From: Blasia pusilla
Lineage: Eukaryota
Assembly: GCA_050084515.1 (NCBI GenBank)
Contig: CM114271.1
Span: forward strand, 42,656,001 to 42,720,000
Length of the DNA: 64,000 nucleotides
Direction: 5' to 3'
The position numbers were made by a program, and so were the translations under genes. The notes beneath the pieces are model-generated. The model was given only the letters and a program-made list of their open reading frames with translations. It did no database searches and was not told where the DNA came from. Each line of letters begins with the position of its first letter. Within the stretch, counting starts at the first letter, position 1. Shown piece after piece: positions 26,935 to 38,582 of this stretch.

Positions 26935-27556
26935 TGTTGTGCGCATACACATCGCTGTCATCGAACACACACACAAACACGCACGATCCCCTGCTAACTC
27001 ATGGCATCCAAACAACAAGACAAGAAGGATCAAAATATCTCCAATTAAAATAAGATCCAATCTCTCTCACAACACCATAGTTCTCACATATGTGCACGCT
27101 CACATGTCTCTCTCAATGTCAAACCAAACCCACTCTTCTAATGAGAGGCTTGGATTACACACACAAGGAAAGCAAGACCATAGCTTCGTCTCCTCATGCC
27201 AAGAGGTTCAACAAAGAGAGAATGAGCTCTGAACCTCTCTCTCCTTGAGGTATACCTCTCCCCTCTTCCAAACTCTCTCCATGGTAACCTATGCTCCCAA
27301 GTCACCTCCTTGGCTCTTGATGTAGGACGTCAAGGGCCACTTACCAAAAATATAAAGTTGATCATATACTCAAAATGGTACTTACCTAAAATAGTTAGTT
27401 CCTCAATATGGCTCCAAATGAGCTGAAACGAAGGGGAAATCTGCTCTCAGGTTTCCCCGGGCCTAAGTAGGTCATCCTCAACCTACTGAGTCTGTCCTCC
27501 TATACTCACAAAGGTGCTTTACTGGATCTCACTGATCTATCTCAAAAGACGTGAAA
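26935..27556 (-). repeat. Complete terminal repeat (3' LTR; segment A1 26935-27045 plus B1 27046-27556)
   Basis: A1 matches 27559-27686 and B1 matches 36117-36634 along their lengths. Confidence 0.9.
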
Positions 27557-27558
27557 GT

Positions 27559-27686
27559 TGTCGTACGCATACACATCGCTACACAACATACTTCGCTGTC
27601 ACCCAACACACACACAAACCTGCACGATCCCATGTTAACTCATGGCATCCAAACAACGAGACAAGAAGTACCAAAATATCTCCAAT
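27559..27686 (-). repeat. Extra copy of LTR segment A (A2), directly internal to the 3' LTR
   Basis: 'tgtcgtacgcatacacatcgct...aactcatggcatccaaacaac...caaaatatctccaat' repeats 26935-27045. It is separated from B1 by only 'gt'. Confidence 0.9.
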
Positions 27687-27869
27687 CGGCCTCCTAGCTG
27701 GTGGTTAGGTCCCTCTAACTCCAGATAGCCATCTATCCCTACCTACCATAACATACATCTCTCGGACGCTAAGAGCAAGAAGGTCATGTGCTCATGTGGC
27801 CCCATCATTATTTGCCTTCTTGTCATCTATGTCGCCGACACAAGTCGGAATGTAGAACTACCTACTATA

Positions 27870-28010
27870 TGTACATCTGGGACACATCCATCGTCCCTGA
27901 GGAACCCTACTGAGAGGTGGCGTCAAACATGCCATATGCCATCCTCTGGAACACGCATCACAAAATAGTATAGTGGTTGCACCATGGGCGGAACCACACA
28001 ACATACATCG
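27870..28010 (-). pseudogene. PHD finger at the C-terminus of the retrotransposon integrase region
   Basis: 'CMLCGSAHGATTILFCDACSRGWHMACLTPPLSRVPQGRWMCPRC' has all eight C4-H-C3 ligands and the conserved W before the last CxxC (ORF 27858..28223). Confidence 0.92.
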
Positions 28011-28049
28011 CGAGCCTACAGGAACTATTGCTAAGATCAGATCAACTGT

Positions 28050-29100
28050 ATTGTCAATGTTCGGAAGATGACATGGCGCATAGTTACGCACATGGTCCTT
28101 CCAAACCATACCATCGTATCCCTCCAATAAGAGAACATCGGATGGCAAAACCTCACGCACTCTCAAGATGGTGCGCCTTGCAATTACATCCAACGTCGTG
28201 GGTGCCGTCTGCTGTAAGTACACATACTCTGCTTGATGAATCCTCCGGATAGGAGGTCAATAATCACCTCCCCGAATAGTCGCATACCTCAACGTATCCC
28301 GATGTTGCGCAATCGCCATGGGCATCACTCTCTGAAACAATTCAGCCCTCTAAGAACATGCTCGCATCCATATATCAGGGTCATCAAGGTTCAACATCTT
28401 GATGAATGGCCAGAAGTAATTCGGGCTCTCAACCATAAAGTAACAAGTACGGTGAGAAAGACGCTAAGGATGTCTGCCTGCTGAATCTGTATCCCATCGC
28501 CAACCATAGTAACTGAAGGTCTCAATCTCCTAGGTGACCTCTCTACAAGCCATACTTGCATAGTCTTCTCTTCACCGTCTACACAACCTGCTCTGCTAGT
28601 CCATCCGCCTCAGGAAGATCTCGCAAAGTAGTGCGGTGGTCAATCAGTGCCTGATCATACCAGGCCTGAAACTCCACACGGAACTCTGTACCATGGTCTG
28701 TCAACACCTCAGTCGGTGCGCCCTAATGACTCAGCACTGGATCTAGGAAGGCATACGCTACTCCCTCACTCGCTTTGTCAGGCAGTGCAACCAACTCTAT
28801 CCACTTTGAGGAGAGCTTGACCATCACCAACACATAACGACTATGGCGCTCCGTCAAAGCCAAAGGTCCTCCAAAATCCAACTCCATCTATAACCTAAAT
28901 CCATGATCGAAAATGGATGCAACGGTGGAGTCGGAGCATTGAGCGATGCTTGGACTCGATCACACACCATGCATCTGGCAACAAGCTGTTGAACGTTAGT
29001 CAGCATGCCTCCCTACCAATATTGAATTTGGAGCAAGCTGTATGTCCGCTTCACTCCAAAATGACCCAACTTCTCGTGGGCATGACACACCAAACGTGCT
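28050..29100 (-). pseudogene. Retroviral-type DDE integrase, degenerate
   Basis: Zn-binding 'HAHEKLGHFGVKRTYSLL..YW', core 'EVLTDHGTEF' (~28680-28712) and 'HPQADGLAE'-like motif (~28590-28620). Confidence 0.85.
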
Positions 29101-29479
29101 CTCTGCGAAGGATGAGGCACTACACGCACTCTACCATCTTCCCACACTCGCAACACATGTGTGCCCTCCCACCGGAACCGTCTGGCTCGCTGTAGCATCC
29201 GATCCCGCTCTCTTCCACCCAATGTGCTCCCGACGGTGCCAGTAGGCAGGTACCCCAAGACCACTCCATCGTTATGAATGTCTCGGCCACTTGTCGTCTC
29301 CTCACCGGCCTCTGGATCTAAGGACTCTCCATCAGACCTCGCCATCGAAGTCTCAACAATCTGGCTCTCTATAGCCAACAAGCCCAAATAGGCTGACGCA
29401 TGCCATTCTAGCACCAGCTCCTCATCACTCTCACCATGCCAACGAGCTCCAATCGCATCTCGTTGACTCGGGCATGGGT

Positions 29480-30800
29480 TACGGCTCAAACCATTTGCAT
29501 CCTGGTTGAGCAGCCCATATCTATGCACCACTTGGAAGTCATACTCGTGCAACAAAAGAGCCCACCTCACAAGCTTCCCTATAAGCTTATCGGACTCCAT
29601 CAACCACTTATGTGGCTGATGATCAATAATGATGGTAAAGGGATTGCATAATAGATAACATCTGAAATGTGCGACAACCCACACTTAACCCAAGCACTCA
29701 CCCTCATACGAGCTATACTTCGCCTCTACAGCGTTGTTCGAGCGACTAGCGTAAGCCACCATAAACTCTCTACCATCATCGTAATGCGGGGTGAGCACGG
29801 CTCCAAGCCCAACATGCTCCAATCAATATGCAATCTCGTATGCAACTAGCAAGGACGCCCCCTGATCAGTCTCCTCAATATGGGCGCAGACCTCAATTTG
29901 TCCTTGAGCATTTGAAATGCTCTCTCTTGCTCATCCCCCTTGTGCTATTCTTGATCCACCTTGGTCATCAAGGTTAGCAGCTTCGCAATCCAACTGAAAC
30001 CCTTGACATATTGTCGATAGAATTTCACCAATCCATGAATGCACGAACTTGACTCACATCTATAGGGCGTGGAATGCGTGAAATAGCCTCTACCTTCGTC
30101 TGTTGCATACCAAGGCCCCCTGGGTACATCGTATGATCCAAGTACTCAATTTGGTCGTAGAAGAACTTGCACTTTCCTAGATGTAGCTTCTGCCCATGTA
30201 ACCGCAATCATCGAAATATCTCCTCTAGATGTCGCTCATGCTCCTCAACTGTGGCGCTAAAGACTACGATGTCATCAATATAACACTTAGCAAAATCAAG
30301 ACCTGCCAAGATCCTATCCATGACCCTCTAAAACTGAGCCGGGACATTCTTTAACCTGAATGGTAAGAAACGCCACTAGTACAAGCAATCCTTCCCGTGA
30401 GGATCGATGCCCCAAAATGCCGTCTTCTGCCTATCCTCCAATCTGATTGGCAGCTGATAGTATCCGGATAGCAAATCCAATGAACTTAAGAACTTTGCAT
30501 GCCCAATCCCATCAAAGATCTCTTTAGGGGTGGGCATGGCATACCTATCGGACTTCATCTGTCGATTGATAGGTCAGTAGTCTCCACACATCCGCCTATC
30601 CGTCCAGTTGCCATGCACATTCTTCTTGACGGGCATGACAATGGCAGATGCATACTCTCCATGCGACATCTCCACTAATCCTGCTCCAACCAAGTTCTGG
30701 CTCCTACTCTAAATCAGAGCCCTCTCCATGTCACTGTACCTGTAGGGTCGTCGGAAGATTGGTGTGTCACCCGACAACTCAATGCGGATCCCTAGACCCT
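29480..30800 (-). pseudogene. Gypsy reverse transcriptase and RNase H, degenerate
   Basis: RT motifs 'DRYAMPTP.EIFD', 'SSLDLLSGYYQL', 'KTAFWG', 'CYIDDIVVF' (~30265-30288) and 'LHLGKCKF'. RNase H motifs 'VAYASRSNN..E..YSSYEGEC', 'DHQPHKWL' and 'NQDANGLSR'. Confidence 0.93.
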
Positions 30801-31234
30801 TCAGCGTACCCAAATTATGCATACAAAAGGCAAAATATCTCATATAACTCCTAAGGAACTAGTGTATCCGATGCCGCTCTTCTCCTGTCAACTTAGGGCC
30901 CATATTTGGCTCCCAAGTCTCCATCGTGACTACGGTAGGACTCTTCGGCATGGATGTCGGTGGTTGTTATGGTGCAACCCCATCTTGGACAATAGAATTA
31001 TCATCTCCACGTGCAGTACCCGGAACCACGCTCGATGTTGTGGCTATCATCTCCTCGCGTACCTCCAAAATATCCCAAGAAGTCCAAGGGTGTCTCTCCT
31101 GATCATCCCTAGTGTGTTGATCTCCTGGGGTCTCGCCTACACCCACTGCCTCAACCGTGTCGGTAGGCATGGGGCTCACCAACGCAACTTTTATGATCTG
31201 TCGCATCCTCAAACGACATTGCTCAGCTACTCCT

Positions 31235-31880
31235 AAGTTGAAAATCCATGTCAAGCAGTTTAGGTCCATCGCCTTATCCAAGACATGACGTCGTGATGCC
31301 TCTTATAGTGACGGTACTGCCGTCACTCCTGTGGGGAATCCCATCGCTCGCTCTCGCTCATCGGCGTTGGGTTCCACCAACCTCTCTACATGGTCATCCC
31401 AAACCAAGCCAAGTTCGGCCTCCTTGAATGCATACGAAGCAGGAAAACTCACCAATGTGGGAAAGGCTGCTCGTGGAATGCCAATCTTGTTGACCACAGT
31501 CAACGGCGGTCGATCATCGTGCCTCATCGCCTATGATCGACGACCCGGATCCAATATAGAATCCACCAACAAATCGGACAGACGCTCCACTCTCGCATAA
31601 GCCCTCCGCAAAACCTTGTGTGGTGCCAAGTTGGTCCACCAAAGACGCCCGCGGTGTGCTCTAGAACCTACACTCGCCGCATCTAACAACATTGTTGGGC
31701 TGATCCATGCGCACAGCAGATGTATACTCGTCACCACGCGGGACCTTGAATCGCCCAAAATTGGCACATTCTCCAAAATGTATGCTAGAGAACGAGGTCA
31801 ATGCTCCTGTAAATGTCCCAAGATCCGCATCATCTCCCAAAACAACCTAGATCAAGTGTCAGCTAACTCACTACCTCGTC
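31235..31880 (-). pseudogene. DNMT3-like C5-cytosine DNA methyltransferase domain (motifs V-X) embedded in pol
   Basis: One frame, broken by in-frame stops, reads 'SRLFWEMMRIL' (V), 'YILENVP' (VI), 'LDAASVGSRAHRGRLWWTNL' (VIII), 'PNADERERAMGFPTGVT' (IX) and 'SRRHVLDKAMDLNCLTWI' (X). These match DNMT3 'FENV', 'IDA...SAAHRARYFWGNL', 'EMERVFGFP' and 'RQRLLGRSW'. Confidence 0.88.
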
Positions 31881-32099
31881 GAGCACTCATAGAAATATCA
31901 AGAATGGGAGTATCCTCTGCATGGACATGTCCCTCAATCAAATCACTAGGCCAAGTGATGGCACTACTTAATGCTACTAAGGTTGCCATCTGGCCGTTAC
32001 TCGATCGCTGCACTTGTGAATCGAACGGGTAATGAGCTAAGGCACCCATCACCTGACTACCATCCTGGTCTGTAGGACACTGACTCCTCCCTGTAATCT

Positions 32100-32421
32100 A
32101 GGGAAAACCCCATCCGATATAACACTGCTCCACCAACCAAGCGTCGTAGGACTTTGCATCAGTCACTATTGCCTTGGCTCGCATCACGGACTCATCTGTA
32201 GGATGTCCCGGGCGAATCCTTACCACGACCTCATGTCGGGTGATATACTGTGTAGTATTCGCTCCACCCAAGGACGTATGTATCCGGAATGGACAACGCT
32301 CCACATCAGCTATCATCAAGCCCAATCCTTTGAATGACGCTTTCCCCAACATTAAGGGTTGCGCTCCTGAATCCAACAAGACGCGTTGCCGACTAAAAGC
32401 TCTACCTCCGGGACTCACCAA
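32100..32421 (-). pseudogene. Retropepsin aspartic protease
   Basis: Catalytic motif 'RVLLDSGAQPLMLG'. The C-terminal 'YD.LVG' motif is frameshifted. Confidence 0.8.
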
Positions 32422-33199
32422 CTAGAGGCCATGGACCGCTCTATTGCGGGTCTAGCGGGCATGAGCACCATCCTAGCACTCGCAGCCTGCCATGAATCTG
32501 ACGTGGATGGCCCAAGCATCCGCTCCAAGGGCAGGTCCATCACCTCCTCTGCAATTAACTTTGAACGTGATGCAAGAACTCCAACTCCACGCTCACATAG
32601 CGTAGCGTCCAGCCGAAAAACCTTGGCGGACGTGCCTCCCAACGCCATAACATCAGAAGCCGGAAATAAAAGAGTGCGGTACACAACGGTGGCTGCCCCC
32701 AACAATGTGCTCGACACATGCCCCTCCTAAGCATTAGCAATAGGAGTCATCAAACTCATTTCTCCCATCGCCCTCTGTGCCTACACACCAACAACATCAC
32801 CAACTCACCAGGAATTCTGATCAGGACCCATCGATGGGTTCCTCATCGCCTCGGAAAACGTGAAAGATTGAGGAAGCTTGGTCTGCTTCCTGGTGGATCC
32901 AACTCTGCGGTTGATCCACGCATCACAACTACGGCGGCCTCCATCTAGGCAGCCCCGCACATCCAACCACGATCCTCCATATCTCTGGCTTCTCCATATA
33001 ATGTCAATGCCACGGATTTGACATTGGGAAACCTCAATGCCATAGCGGCAATTTTTTCATGTAGCTGTTGTTTCTAAGCAGCCATCCCAGCCTCATGCGC
33101 GGCATCTCCCTCGACACATCTAGGTGGTAGGACTCTACCTCCTCCACGGCCAGCTCCACCACCTTGTCGGGCAACCCCCAACGCAACCTTCTACTACAC

Positions 33200-34450
33200 A
33201 ATCTCTAGGCCCACTTGGACCGGCTAGTCCCTCTAATGCCCTCTTTGGCCCTCGGTCCGAACGTAACTCAGGGTGTAAACTGAAACACCAAACGACTGTA
33301 TGACCATACCTCTGACATTAGTCACACTAATAACCTCGTGGTGCAACAACATCACCTCCTCCATGTTAAGACACACGTCCATGACCTTGACGAGTGCAAA
33401 CATGCTTATGATGGGCTCCACAACATGACCAACAAGTAATCATAGGCGGCTGCTACTGAGTCGTATATGAAGGCGCAGGTCTCTGTGGCACCGCCTCTTG
33501 GTATCCTCCTTGAGCTCGTGGTGCCATAGTCAACCTATCTCGGAGTCCATGTTGCTGCACTCGTGGAGCAGACAATCGTGATTGCTCTTGCTCAGAACCC
33601 ATCGTGGCAACACTCTCCTCCGCCATGTTGCACTCAATATTCTCGGCGGTCCTAAAAACATCTCTCAACGTAGGGGAGGTGTTCATAAGAAGCACCCCCT
33701 CCCGTACACGTGTCCGCAAGGTCCGGTCCAGCATCGCGTACCATGACTGGATAGCCTTAGCCTTTGTCACACCCTAAGTGACGTTGATCAACCGGAGCAA
33801 GCGAGTGTAAGCCTCACACAAACTCTCACGTGCGCCTCTAGAATTTGTGGATGCTCCGGAACTTCTCCGTCTTTACCCCTTGGTAGCCCTCAACTCAGCG
33901 AAGAACTCAACCACGGAGTTGAACATGGGACGAACCCGACTAGACGGTGCAACTGATCCAGTGCAAGTGACCCCTCCTAAAACATCACTAGTGAAAGAGG
34001 AAGTAGCCTCTCTTGACTCCTCCTCCTCATCTTGGAACGGCTCTGTCCATGACACATAGTGTGGGTCATAGTAGAGTCGCCATGCCTCAATCTCTTGGGC
34101 ATATCTATGGGAGAACTCATGATAATCGTCCATGGGCGCCCCCTCTAAATATTGGAACATACCGTTCTATGTTGTAAACGGGTTGAACTCTCTAGAGTTC
34201 CTAGCCCATTGTGAGTCACACATAAACTCCGTAATGAAGTCATGTAGCTCTATGATGCCTATAGCATCCAAAAACCTACGCGGTCCTCTAACCCGGTCAT
34301 GCTTCTCGTACGCCCAATTGGTAGGATCACTCAATGTGTACGGTGGATCACTAACACACTCCTCTACACGCTCACCTTGTCTGAAGATGACATAGAAGAA
34401 GATCAACGTGGTCTCTCACGTGGAGACCCTCCAAACCTCGCACCACTCCG
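33200..34450 (-). pseudogene. Gag-like region with zinc-knuckle remnant
   Basis: Retrotransposon gag-like ORF fragments (34167, 33873, 33453). A CX2CX4HX4C remnant 'CD*CQRYGHTVVWC' lies at ~33285-33330. Confidence 0.65.
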
Positions 34451-36116
34451 GGTAAACCCTCCAGAGCTACTCTCACGTCTACTACTTTGCCTCTCAAAAT
34501 CCTAAAATGACATCGTGATGGCCCTCGTACCCCTCTCACACAATCACTCTCAATCTTGCGAGTAATCCCTCAATCACTCAAACTAAACATGCGGCGCTCA
34601 ATCTACACTCTCTCACTGAGATGTGTGTTGTACGGAAACAAGCAGCGTGGCGCGGCAAATCAACTGATCTATTGTCTCATCGACAAACCATCCTCAACTA
34701 TGGACATCCCACAGAGGTCTATGTCCCCTTAACCCATACAGCATCGATGCTCCTAGCATCAACATGAAACCCAATATCTCAAATAACTTCCCGATACTAG
34801 AAAATCCCTCACACGTGTAGGGTAAGACACCAGAATGGGTAACTTGAAAATAATCTTGATGTCGCTCCTCAGCAATTGCAAATCTCGACCCCAACTCGGT
34901 CGTGGAGACAACTCCTCCAATCAGCAAGTCGTACTCCTCCTGGACTGACGCTGCTCAAACCTCCTCGATGTGCGGTGCATGTCCAGCGGTCCGATGCGGC
35001 ACTAACGCACGGCTCTCGGGAATGGGGTACGGCACTCGGCGGCATACCCTCCTCAATCAACAATTCACATGCTCTTCTCCTTAGTGGGAGCGGCTCTACG
35101 ATCAAGACTGTGCGGTGTGGCCACGACCGGCACGGCGCGGCAATCAGTGGCGCGTTGGAGCTACGTGCGTCACGGCAAGGTACTCGATCGTCGTCGAGCG
35201 GCTACCAATCACAACATAGCAACATGAAATGAAAACTCAAACACCATAACCCGAGGTCACCTGCCATCACTCGTTGATGATGAAAATATGATGACGATGG
35301 CAGCCAAACCAAAGTACGTGGTGGCGGCGCAAGTCAGAGAATCAATGGGGGTCATGGAAGACCCTCCACTCCGTAATGGTGGCAATGGCAACCAAATGGT
35401 GGATAACGGCCGGACGCGGCTTTGAGCAACGCTAGGCGGTGGCAGCGGTCGACGGTGGATGGTAGACGGTGGACCGTTGATGGTGATAGTTGACCGTTGA
35501 TGGAAACGGCAAACCGCTGACGGTGAAGGTTGACCTTTGACGGTGACTATGACGGCGACGGCTGGTTTAGGGTTTGAACAATTTATTCCTAAAAATCGCC
35601 TAGTTATGGCAATTTTGCAAGATTGACCATAAATTTTTGCTCACAACTCCAAATTGTGCACCGTTTGTTGTACACCATGCAAAGCTTCACGATCTACAAC
35701 AACATCAAAAAATATTTGGAATCAAACATTCTTATCAAAACTGACGGGACTGTTGTAAAGCCCAATGTCTCTTTCTCCTACACAAAATTTGGCAGTGCTT
35801 CCGCGTTTATTTATCCCGGCGAAAATGTAAACATGTGAGAACACAAATCAAAAAGCTACATGGTGCTCCCAAAAGCACCGGCATGGAGCAATCCACCCCC
35901 ATACTCAATTCCTATCGAAAATTGGGCAGCGCTTCCGCGTGCCACTCTCCCGTACAAAAAATCAGCAAAGCAAATCAGCAAACTCGCCCGACTCTTGCTC
36001 TGGTGAGCACTCCCATGAGCCATGAAGCGGGGAACAGGGTGCCCCAACTTGCACCAAACATCAAGCAACCAGCGAGCTCCCCCATGAAGCTCTCTCACTC
36101 ACTCATCCTCTCTTTG

Positions 36117-36634
36117 TAAAATAAGATCCAACTTCTCTCACAACACCATAGTTCTCACATATGTGCACTCTCACATCTCTTTTTCAATGTCAAACCAAAC
36201 CCACTCTCCCAATGAGAGGCTTCGGTTACACACACAAGGCAAGCAAGACCATAGCTTCGCCGCCTCATGCCAAGAGGTTCTACAAAGAGAGAATCATCTC
36301 TCAAGCTCTCTCTCTTTGAGGTATATCCCTCCCCTCTTCCAAGCTCTCTCCATAGTAACCAATTCTCCCAAATCACCTCCTAGGTTCTTGACCTGATGTA
36401 GGAGGTCAAGGGCCACCTACCAAAAATAGAAAGTTGATCATATACTCAAAATGATACTTACTTAAAATAGTTAGTTCCTCAATATGGCTCCAATTGAGCC
36501 GAAACAAAAAGGAAACCTGCTCTCTTAGGTTTCCCCGGGCCTAAGTAGGTCATCCTCGACCTACTGAGTCTATCCTCCACTACTCACAAAGGCGCTCTAC
36601 TAGATCTCACTCATCTATCCTAAAATACGTGACA
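36117..36634 (-). repeat. 5' terminal repeat consisting of segment B only (B2)
   Basis: Matches 27046-27556 from 'taaaataagatcc' to 'cgtgaca'. Segment A is absent on its internal side. Confidence 0.9.
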
Positions 36635-36965
36635 AAAGAAATGTGTGCATGTGTGCAATTGGATTTGCTTCGTTATAAATATTCTAATAAGAGAGATAAG
36701 CAAGTGATAGAGACAATTGCTTGGATAGCTAGGAAGAAGGAAAACTTGATGGATTGGCTTGAAACAGATCTCGAAAAATACTTTAATTGCATGGCAAAAC
36801 AACAATGTTATAAATGGTTCGAGAAGAGGAATTTAGAGAAACTAAAGGAGGATTGTGGGAAAAGAGCATGTACGTATGTGCCTAAAGAGGAGAGGTATGG
36901 ACATTCAATGGTTTAGAAAGAGTGTACAAATTTTGGGCTTGGAAGTAGCTCTTATAAGTCCTCTA

Positions 36966-37302
36966 TGTCGTGCGCATACACATCGCTACATAATACATAT
37001 GGTTGGTCACATCCACACCACATAACACTGATCTTCCCAAAATAAGGGTAGATCCACACACGTACAAAAAATAAACTCATGGAGATTGTATAACAAAACT
37101 AGAGTAAAATTGCCTCTCACAGCCAACATTACTCTCGAATCTACATTGGCATATCGAGCCACATCCACCCTCTGCTACAAGGGAATCCGAATGTTAGCAT
37201 CATAGTTCCTACCTCATCCGCAAGAGAGGTGCTCCAAAGGCCCAACATGAGAAAGATGGATCGGGAAAGTCATCTCTCCCTCTCTTATAGCCCCTAAAAA
37301 AG
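36966..37302. repeat. Start of another related LTR (A-type terminus), interrupted by a solo LTR at 37303
   Basis: 'tgtcgtgcgcatacacatcgctaca' matches the A terminus, then diverges. Confidence 0.6.
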
Positions 37303-38582
37303 TGTGATACCCACAATTTTGTACTTTCAGAAATTTATACATTTTGATTCAAGGAATACAGATTCTATGAGGTGAAGATTGTACATATAAGACTTTTATA
37401 GATATTATGTTTGTGAAATTGGAAGAATGAGTTATATTGAAATGGATCACAAGCTCCTAAGACAAGGCAGAGAGGTGGAAAATCAAGGATTTGCCTTAGA
37501 GGAGATGGAAATGCGGTAACAAAGTCTAAAGACTAAGAGCGAAGCTTGGAAAAGATAACAAAGCCTTATTAAGAGCTTGTTAATCAAGTGCTTCGCTCTT
37601 GAACAAAGCATGATGAAGACGAAGAGGAAGAAGTACTTCGCTCTTCAGCGAAGCACGAAGACCGAAGCACCTGGAACAAGAACGAAGAATGCAGCGCTTT
37701 GTCCTCAAGGGACAAAGAAGAAGTCCAGACTTAGCAGCGAAGCGAAGCTAAGACTCAAAGTGATTTCAAGCGGCCCACCGTTAGCGTAGTTAGACTAGGA
37801 AGAGGCGTGACTTTTTGGACCATATAGGAAGTTAGGCCAGTTACGCCCAGCGGATTCATAGCGATCATAGGAAAAGATAAGAGAACCGTAGATTAAGGTA
37901 GTTACAAACTCTCAATAGACACTAGATTCGTAAGAGATGCTTCAGATCTTTGGACTTACTACTACCTCGGAAGATATTTACGAAGCATGAAAGTAGCTAT
38001 CATCATCATTCTTTCACCAAGTCCTTATGTTGTAGGAATGATCCGAGCAAGAGAGTAGTACCCTCTCGAGCTTGTATAACACTTTGAAGCTTTCTCATTC
38101 TTTATGGAGTAGTAAAGCACTCATTTCTTCATTCTGATGTGCGATGTATATGTTTGAGAATTCTGATTAGGTCTGCAGAGTGAAGAGTGAATCAGGAGAA
38201 CACTTCCATCATTATAATAATCAACACGGAGTAGTAAGAAATTTGTTTGACAGAGAATAGACTGCCTAGACGCATTGAGTTCCAAAAGTAGGAGAAGCCA
38301 GCTTCTTGTTGAGGTCTCTATGAGGTTCTTTGATGTTGAGTGAAAATCTACCTGAGTATGATTTCAATTCCACTGGAGAGCATCGAGGAAAGAAATCTTG
38401 GTACTAATAGAGAGAAGAATGCACTGATAAGTGATTGAATCGGAAATGTACACACGTAACTACAACTATTGCAAGATAACCGCCATCTTGAACTCTCTTT
38501 TCACATAATCGTGATCCTCTTGGGAATCGAACTCATAAAATTATTGTAAAAAGACCAACTATTAAACTTCTTGTACATTACA
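37303..38582. mobile_element. Solo LTR (1280 bp) with 5-bp TSD
   Basis: Ends TGTGAT...ATTACA and is flanked by AAAAG on both sides. Non-coding. Confidence 0.8.

Larger units (their letters stand above)
26935..36634 (-). mobile_element. Degenerate Ty3/gypsy-type retrotransposon: gag-PR-DNMT-RT-RH-INT-PHD, with split direct terminal repeats
   Basis: The PR-RT-RH-INT order is gypsy-type. The termini are TG (26935) and CA (36634), flanked on both sides by AAAG. The reading frame is broken by many stops and frameshifts. Confidence 0.93.

Noticed and set aside
27686-36116. Tyrosine recombinase, expected if the split-repeat element were a PAT/Ngaro element
   Set aside because: No YR motifs were seen. 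A DDE integrase, an aspartic protease and a TSD are present instead.
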